Source: an uncultured Acidobacteriota bacterium (GTDB lineage Bacteria > Acidobacteriota > UBA6911). Taken from it: DNA of 64,000 nt. Both the position numbers and the translations under genes were made by a program. Shown here in pieces: positions 58,361 to 64,000 of this stretch. Where the stretch lies: contig CAWEJX010000007.1 in assembly GCA_963809485.1 (NCBI GenBank), forward strand, positions 480,001 to 544,000, written 5' to 3'. The notes beneath the pieces were generated by a model. It worked only from the letters and a program-made list of their open reading frames with translations, was not told the DNA's origin and did no database searches. Each line of letters starts with the position of its first letter. Position 1 is the first letter of the stretch.

Positions 58361-59356
58361 ATGATGAATCCGCCTGAAAGAATGATCATCGTTTCCGGAA
58401 TCCAGCCCTCGGGCAATCTGCATCTGGGCAATTATTTCGGCGCTGTACAGCAATTCATCCAGCTTATCGAGGAAGGCCATACCTGCTATTACTTCCTGGC
58501 GAACTATCATGCCCTTACCACCATGCGCGATGGAGCAAGGCTGCGAGAACTCACGCGCAGTACGGCTGCCGATTATCTGGCGCTCGGCCTGGATCCCGCT
58601 CGCTGTGCTATCTACCTCCAGAGCGATATGCCGGAAGTGTGCGAGCTTCAATGGTTTCTGACCTGCCAAACCCCGATGGGGCTGCTGGAACGCTGTCATG
58701 CATATAAGGATAAAATCCAGCAGGGAATCCCGGCCGATCACGGGCTGTTCGCCTACCCGGTGCTGATGGCCGCCGATATATTGATCGTGCGCGCCAACCG
58801 CGTTCCTGTCGGACAGGACCAGAAGCAGCACGTGGAGGTGACGCGGGATATTGCAGGGTACTTCAACAATTGCTACGGGGAGCTGTTCACAATTCCGGAA
58901 CCGTATATCCCGGAAAGCGTTGCCACCGTTCCCGGGCGCGACGGGCGAAAGATGTCCAAGTCCTACAACAATACAATCGAGCTTTTCGCAAAGGAAGAGG
59001 ACGTCCGGCAACAGATTTTCTCCATCGTCACCGACTCCGCCTCCGTAGCAGAGCCGAAGGATCCCGACTGCAGCGTGCTTTACTCGATTCTGAAACTGTT
59101 CTGTGACGCAGACGGTTGCGCCTATTGGGCCGACCGATTCCGCAGCGGAGGATTGGGCTACCGTGAGGTGAAGCAGGCCATATTTGACCGCTACATGGAG
59201 CGTTTCGGGCCCGCCCGCGAACGCCGCAAGCAGCTCGAAAGCCGGCCGGATTACATGGATGAGGTGCTCAGGAGAGGCGTGGAACAGGCGCGCAAGGCAG
59301 CCCAGCCGCTGATGAAACAGGTCCGTGACGCCGTCGGAGTGCCGAATTACGAATGA
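58361..59356 (+). CDS. trpS: tryptophan--tRNA ligase
   Basis: SGIQPSG..HLGN, YPVLMAADI, VGQDQKQH, KMSKS. Confidence 0.97.
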   Translation: MMNPPERMIIVSGIQPSGNLHLGNYFGAVQQFIQLIEEGHTCYYFLANYHALTTMRDGARLRELTRSTAADYLALGLDPARCAIYLQSDMPEVCELQWFLTCQTPMGLLERCHAYKDKIQQGIPADHGLFAYPVLMAADILIVRANRVPVGQDQKQHVEVTRDIAGYFNNCYGELFTIPEPYIPESVATVPGRDGRKMSKSYNNTIELFAKEEDVRQQIFSIVTDSASVAEPKDPDCSVLYSILKLFCDADGCAYWADRFRSGGLGYREVKQAIFDRYMERFGPARERRKQLESRPDYMDEVLRRGVEQARKAAQPLMKQVRDAVGVPNYE

Positions 59357-59569
59357 CGAAATACGAATTACGAATTAAAACATACAGTGATTAAGGCCTT
59401 ACTCGTCGGCCGGATAGGCAGGGCAAATTGTCCGGATGCAATACCAGATATGACGCAGCGATAGAAAAAGCTATATGAAGGACAAGCATCGGATAAATCG
59501 AGGCGGCGCCCCTATTGAGTGATTTGGTTCAATTCGTCATTCGTAATTCGTCATTCGTCATTCGCAATT
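59343..59569. repeat. inverted heptamer arrays (CGAATKA)x5 ... (TMATTCG)x5 flanking ~150 bp
   Basis: 59343-59377 cgaatta cgaatga cgaaata cgaatta cgaatta; 59530-59564 caattcg tcattcg taattcg tcattcg tcattcg. Confidence 0.85.
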
Positions 59570-60969
59570 TGGCAGGCTGCTTCGACTTCCCGGATCGTCT
59601 TCGGAATGCCGGGGCCCAGGACGCGCGTCCCGGTTGCGGTCACCAGCACATCATCCTCGATCCGGATCCCTCCGAAACTGCAATAACTGTTTACCTTGTC
59701 GTAGTTGATAAATTCCTTGTGCTGGCCCTCGCCCTGCCAACGGTCGATCAGGGCAGGTATAAAATATATTCCCGGTTCAACGGTTAATACAAAACCGGTC
59801 TCCAGCGGCCGGCTGAGACGCAGGTAATTCAAACCGAACTGGTTGCTGCGTGGTTCCTTTTTACGGTAGCCGACGATGTCTCCCAGGTCCTCCATGTCGT
59901 GAACGTCCAGGCCCATCATGTGGCCGATCCCGTGCGGAAAGAAGAGTGCATGGGCTCCCGCTTCAACGGCATCCGATGGATTGCCTTTCATCAATCCCAT
60001 GGAGCTCAGGTCTTCGGCCAGAATCCTGCAGGCGCCCAGGTGTACCTCCCGGTACGAAATGCCGGGCCTTATCGCATCGATGGTGCCGAGCTGCATGCGC
60101 AGGACGATCTGGTACACCTCGGCCTGGACGGCGCTGAAGCGCCCGCCGACAGGGCACGTCCTCGTGATATCGGATGCATAATACCGCGGAGACTCAGCCC
60201 CGGAATCGTTCAGCAGAAGCTGTCCGTCTTCAAGAATGCCTTCGCACGAATGGTTGTGGAGCACCTCGCCGTGTACCGTCACGATGGGGTGGAAAGCCTG
60301 CTCCCGGCCGCGGGACAGGGCAACGCCCTGAATCATGCCCGCAATTTCACCCTCCCGCCTGCCGGCCCGGGCTGCTGCCATACACGCCCGGTGCATTTTA
60401 TCCGTGATGCCCAGCGCGTCCTCCATCTCCTCAATCTCGACGTCCTCTTTGACGCTCCTCTGCCCGGCAACCTGCTCCATCAGAATTTGAGAGGAGTTGG
60501 CGGCAATTTCTTCCGGGGTTCCGTGCAGCAGCCGGGAGAGCTGGAACATGGCGGAGGTCCGGTAGGGAGGCAGATACCGTATCTGCATTTCCTGAATTCG
60601 GGCTTTGTCGAGATAATCCTGGAGCCGCTCCAGATCCTCCACAATATCGATCCCCGCATCTCGGGCCAGGTCCTCGCGCGAGCGCACCGGCCCGCTCCAG
60701 ACGATGTCGTCGATGCTTGCGGACCTGGCGAAAAGAACATCGTGATCGGCGTCGGGGAAGGACAGCACCGCAAAATCGGGCTGTGAGATGCCGGTGTAAT
60801 ACAGGAAATGGGAATTCTGCCGGAAAGGGTAGGTGTTATCCGCGTAATTGCGCGGCTCCTGGGCATGCCCCAGCCAGAGGATGACTCCGTCACCGATCTC
60901 CAGGCGAATCCTGTTGCGGCGCTGTCTGTAGATCTCTGTCCAATTTGCCTGTTGTGAATTTGCGCTCAT
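59551..60969 (-). CDS. pepP: Xaa-Pro aminopeptidase (M24B)
   Basis: FRQNSHFLY, YASDITRT, HGIGH..GLDVHD, TVEPGIY, GGIRIEDD. Confidence 0.95.
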   Translation of the reverse strand: MSANSQQANWTEIYRQRRNRIRLEIGDGVILWLGHAQEPRNYADNTYPFRQNSHFLYYTGISQPDFAVLSFPDADHDVLFARSASIDDIVWSGPVRSREDLARDAGIDIVEDLERLQDYLDKARIQEMQIRYLPPYRTSAMFQLSRLLHGTPEEIAANSSQILMEQVAGQRSVKEDVEIEEMEDALGITDKMHRACMAAARAGRREGEIAGMIQGVALSRGREQAFHPIVTVHGEVLHNHSCEGILEDGQLLLNDSGAESPRYYASDITRTCPVGGRFSAVQAEVYQIVLRMQLGTIDAIRPGISYREVHLGACRILAEDLSSMGLMKGNPSDAVEAGAHALFFPHGIGHMMGLDVHDMEDLGDIVGYRKKEPRSNQFGLNYLRLSRPLETGFVLTVEPGIYFIPALIDRWQGEGQHKEFINYDKVNSYCSFGGIRIEDDVLVTATGTRVLGPGIPKTIREVEAACQIANDE

Positions 60970-61093
60970 TTCACCTCCCAGTGCTTTATGTGCACCCGCC
61001 ATTATAGCGCCTGATCTGCAGGGCATGGGTCTGCCGGCTATAAACTGAAATATAGGCCGGTCCTGCTGCCATCCCGTATGACCTTGGCGTTTC

Positions 61094-62167
61094 TCACAGT
61101 GCTCCCCGTTGTGCTTTAAGCTTTGCCCGCACGTCTTTGGATGAGGCGGATTGCAGATATGCGAGCGTGCAAGGCGGCAGGTATTCCAGGACGGGCGTCA
61201 GGTTGTCTTCGCTGAGAGCCCGGCGGATTTTGGTCGCGCTTATGAAATTGGGTTTGCCGTCCGCGCCGGTTCCCTGCGACTTCCGCTCGATCTCGATGAT
61301 TTCCACCCCGCAAGGAGTCAATATCTTCTTCATGGCGGCGTTGTAGGCCTGGGTTGTCGGCGAGTAGGGTTCTGTGCCCACGTAACGCCGCGTGATCCCC
61401 AGTGCCGGGACAATATGCAGGGCGAATATCTCAATATCCAGCTCGGCCTGTTTTTGAGTCACCAGATCCGGTTCTTCATTTTCCAAAAAGTACCTGGGGA
61501 ATGTGGCGCCTGTGATCACATAGGGACCTCCTTTGAGCATCACGACTTTGTCCAGATGTCGGGTGCCCTCCTCGATCAGTTTCCAGCGGTCCTTAAATGG
61601 AAACACGGACCGGTCTTCCTCGACGACAAAGAGGTAAACAACCGTACTCTGCGAGGCGGCGGTTTCAATCAGGTATTTGTGCCCATTGGAGAAGGGATTG
61701 CAGTTCACCACAATGGCGGAAATCGGGTGCGCGGCGCGGCCCACCTTCCGTGAGAAAAGGTAATCCTGATAGTCCTGGATCGATCGATAGCCAAACTCCA
61801 ATAGCGTAAAGAGAGGTTCAGCGGTGGCCACCTTGTTGAAGCCGAGCCGCTCGAACTTGTCGGCATTGCCTGGCCGTGTGAAAGCAAAAATCTGCGGATG
61901 CTTTTTGATCAGGATACGGATGAGATGTGTCACAATCGTGGAGAACGCATTGGTCGCGCGATGCGCGGGCGCCACTACGACATATTTTATGACCTGTCCC
62001 TGGCAGGATCCGGTGCCGGCAATCCTGCCCTTCGCATCGTGAAGGACCATCGTGTAATCGACGGTCCGCGGGTCGAAATGAAACCCGAGAGGCGTCAGGA
62101 ATGCATGGATCTGCTTCAGCGCATACGGATTGCGGAGATTCAGAATCTTTTCCTGGAAGGCTGGCAT
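61094..62167 (-). CDS. citC: [citrate (pro-3S)-lyase] ligase
   Basis: N-terminal GNAT-like part, NCNPFSNGH, FVVEED, ATFP.YF, RYVGTEP, ISATKIR. Confidence 0.93.
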   Translation of the reverse strand: MPAFQEKILNLRNPYALKQIHAFLTPLGFHFDPRTVDYTMVLHDAKGRIAGTGSCQGQVIKYVVVAPAHRATNAFSTIVTHLIRILIKKHPQIFAFTRPGNADKFERLGFNKVATAEPLFTLLEFGYRSIQDYQDYLFSRKVGRAAHPISAIVVNCNPFSNGHKYLIETAASQSTVVYLFVVEEDRSVFPFKDRWKLIEEGTRHLDKVVMLKGGPYVITGATFPRYFLENEEPDLVTQKQAELDIEIFALHIVPALGITRRYVGTEPYSPTTQAYNAAMKKILTPCGVEIIEIERKSQGTGADGKPNFISATKIRRALSEDNLTPVLEYLPPCTLAYLQSASSKDVRAKLKAQRGAL

Positions 62168-62172
62168 TCTGT

Positions 62173-63591
62173 CTAGTCCGTTTGTACCGGCTCCGAAGGA
62201 GATGAAAAAGCGCGCTCGACAAAATATGTAAAAAGCGTTACGGCAAGCAGGTCCGCAGATCCCCCCGGAGAAATGTATTCCTGCCGACAATAGGTCCGCA
62301 GCCGCGCATACCTCTCCGCTTCATCCTTTCCATCCCCGGCATCAAGGACGTATTGCGCCATGCGCTGGACTGTTTTCAGCGTCTCCATATCCTTGCGATA
62401 GAGGATGTTTGTATCGTTGGCCACGGTCATAAGCCGCAGCAGCGTCCGGATCAGGCCCCTGTTTATCTGTGCTGTGCTCGACTCCGCACCGTTCGCAAGC
62501 GCAGATTTCAATTCCGGCAGCCCGTGTTCAAACACCGACTGCATTCCGCTTTCCGCTTCTCTGCGGATTCCCGCACCATCCAATCCGTATCGCTGGAAAC
62601 AGGTCTGTCCATGCGTCCGGCCATTGCCCGTCGCCGTTGCCAGTTCGTTCTGCACGAGATTGGCGCAGACTGCGGCGATCACCTCCCGACAGCGCGCCCC
62701 ATCAAATCTGCGATCGCGGGCGATTACATAGCCGGAAGAAAACAGAGCGAGCCCGATCAGAAAGATGAGCCCCTTCTGGGTGTTTACGCCGTCAGTAGCC
62801 GAAAACATGGAAGCTTCCATTTTCAGTCCGACCGTGCGAACCAGCGGCAGAGCTTCGCGGAGATCGTCCCTTTGATACGCGTAGCCTGCCAGCGCCAGTT
62901 CTTCAAAATACCCGGCGAGGACGGATGTGGAGGAGAGGAAAGTAAAATAGTTCATGTCGCGGTGCGAACCGGTCTCGAAGCGCCCGACCAAACCCGGCTT
63001 CGGTGATACGGAGATCTCGTACAGGATTGCTTTCAAGGCAAGCGCGGCGAGATGCCTGCAGGTCTGCCGCTTAGCCTTATCTGCCAGATAGCCGCGAATT
63101 CCACGAACAAGGCTCTCCTGCAATTCTTCATAGCTGTGCGTCGCTTCCCGCATACAGACGATAGCCGGTTGTTTACACAACAGGCACCGCTTCAGCTTGC
63201 CTGAGGAGAGCGGCCGGCATTGCGGATCTGCAAGGTCGATGTCAATAATCCGCCCTAAGGGATGACACTCTTCGAAGGCTTCGGCTAAGGTTTTTATGTC
63301 GGCGAGCCGGCGCCCGTTCGGCAACGGTGCGAGATAGAAATTTCCGGCTTCGTCGACATTCTTTATTTCATGGGCTCTATCTATTGCGATTCCGTGAGCC
63401 TGCAGAAAACCCATGCATTCCGAAAGAACATCGTCGAAAAACGCGGAAATCAGAGGCATGCTTTTCGGATATCCCGGTATGTTGAGGGAAAGGCTGAGCG
63501 AATTTCTTATGGATCGGGAGCACTGCTGCCTCAGGAGTGCTCGTTTCTCCCTCGCGATCAGGATCTTGTTTCGTATTTCATCAACGTTCAT
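62173..63591 (-). CDS. citXG: fused CitX (holo-ACP synthase) / CitG (triphosphoribosyl-dephospho-CoA synthase)
   Basis: N-half AREKR..LNIPG..GRIIDID..CLLC; C-half PKPGLV, GSHRDM, NTQKG, DTNI, SPGGSADLL. Confidence 0.9.
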   Translation of the reverse strand: MNVDEIRNKILIAREKRALLRQQCSRSIRNSLSLSLNIPGYPKSMPLISAFFDDVLSECMGFLQAHGIAIDRAHEIKNVDEAGNFYLAPLPNGRRLADIKTLAEAFEECHPLGRIIDIDLADPQCRPLSSGKLKRCLLCKQPAIVCMREATHSYEELQESLVRGIRGYLADKAKRQTCRHLAALALKAILYEISVSPKPGLVGRFETGSHRDMNYFTFLSSTSVLAGYFEELALAGYAYQRDDLREALPLVRTVGLKMEASMFSATDGVNTQKGLIFLIGLALFSSGYVIARDRRFDGARCREVIAAVCANLVQNELATATGNGRTHGQTCFQRYGLDGAGIRREAESGMQSVFEHGLPELKSALANGAESSTAQINRGLIRTLLRLMTVANDTNILYRKDMETLKTVQRMAQYVLDAGDGKDEAERYARLRTYCRQEYISPGGSADLLAVTLFTYFVERAFSSPSEPVQTD

Positions 63592-63784
63592 AACGGATCC
63601 GGCCGGGCGTTCTGATAGAGATGCCACTTCAGGACATTCCTGCCTTTGGGAGCATGCCTCACAAGATTATGGGAATACGCGACTCCTCGACCCCTCTTCA
63701 TCACAGAATTCCTGCTGCTGCGGCCAATCCCGGAATGCAGGTTCACTTTGCAGGTCACAAGCGCAATCGCATAAGGCTGTTTTG

Positions 63785-64000
63785 CTAGTGCTTGATTTCA
63801 TGTATTACGTCAATGGTTGTTCCGTCGCGGTATTCTATGACAGCTACGATGCGGTCGTTGTAGCTGATAGCATCCGGCACCCCGACAATGGCGTCCACCT
63901 CATCGTGAAGATCCTGTATCCTTCGGGTGGGCAGCCCGGCTGTTCTCAGACGATCTTCGAGATGAGGGTGAATGGGGTTGACACAAATGCCACGTTCCGT
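63785..64000 (-). CDS. citF: citrate lyase alpha subunit, 3-prime end (partial)
   Basis: Manual translation TERGICVNP...IVAVIEYRDGTTIDVIHEIKH*, upstream of citXG-citC. Confidence 0.88.
   Translation of the reverse strand, partial: TERGICVNPIHPHLEDRLRTAGLPTRRIQDLHDEVDAIVGVPDAISYNDRIVAVIEYRDGTTIDVIHEIKH

Noticed and set aside
59343-59569. CRISPR array
   Set aside because: Units are 7 bp, contiguous and inverted, with no unique spacers; no cas genes in the window.

Overview
GC-rich bacterial chromosomal window. It is probably from an Acidobacteriota-like lineage; this is inferred from a GWxTD protein, an Hfq-like protein starting MVNRKLIRP, and DUF4388-type J-domain/TPR and PEGA/TPR proteins. 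Most of it is housekeeping: an ECF sigma/anti-sigma envelope-stress operon, nrdR, thiL, rnc, serS, galU, purD/purE/purB, mtaB, acpS, pgeF, rlmN, hutU, tmk-holB, pdxA, pepA, smpB, rfbABD, trpS, pepP and the end of a citrate-lyase operon. An accessory block at about 15.9-28.5 kb starts with transposase and toxin-antitoxin debris and carries two apparent glucosylglycerate synthesis routes, a sugar ABC importer and a two-component system. The most notable observations are: (1) a full-length dihydropyrimidinase homologue that has lost three catalytic/metal residues in a CRMP-like way, next to a kinase-less PEGA/TPR receptor-like gene and a PP2C phosphatase; (2) four copies of a ~240-bp non-autonomous IS200/IS605-ended element; (3) several palindromic elements built from tandem 7-10-mers, one of which supplies the stop codons of two convergent genes; (4) a DnaA-box cluster with no dnaA in the window; (5) a rod-like 6S-like RNA candidate; (6) a HolB with a duplicated zinc module. 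No rRNA, tRNA or CRISPR array was recognised. All family assignments are from motif recognition by eye; no searches were run.
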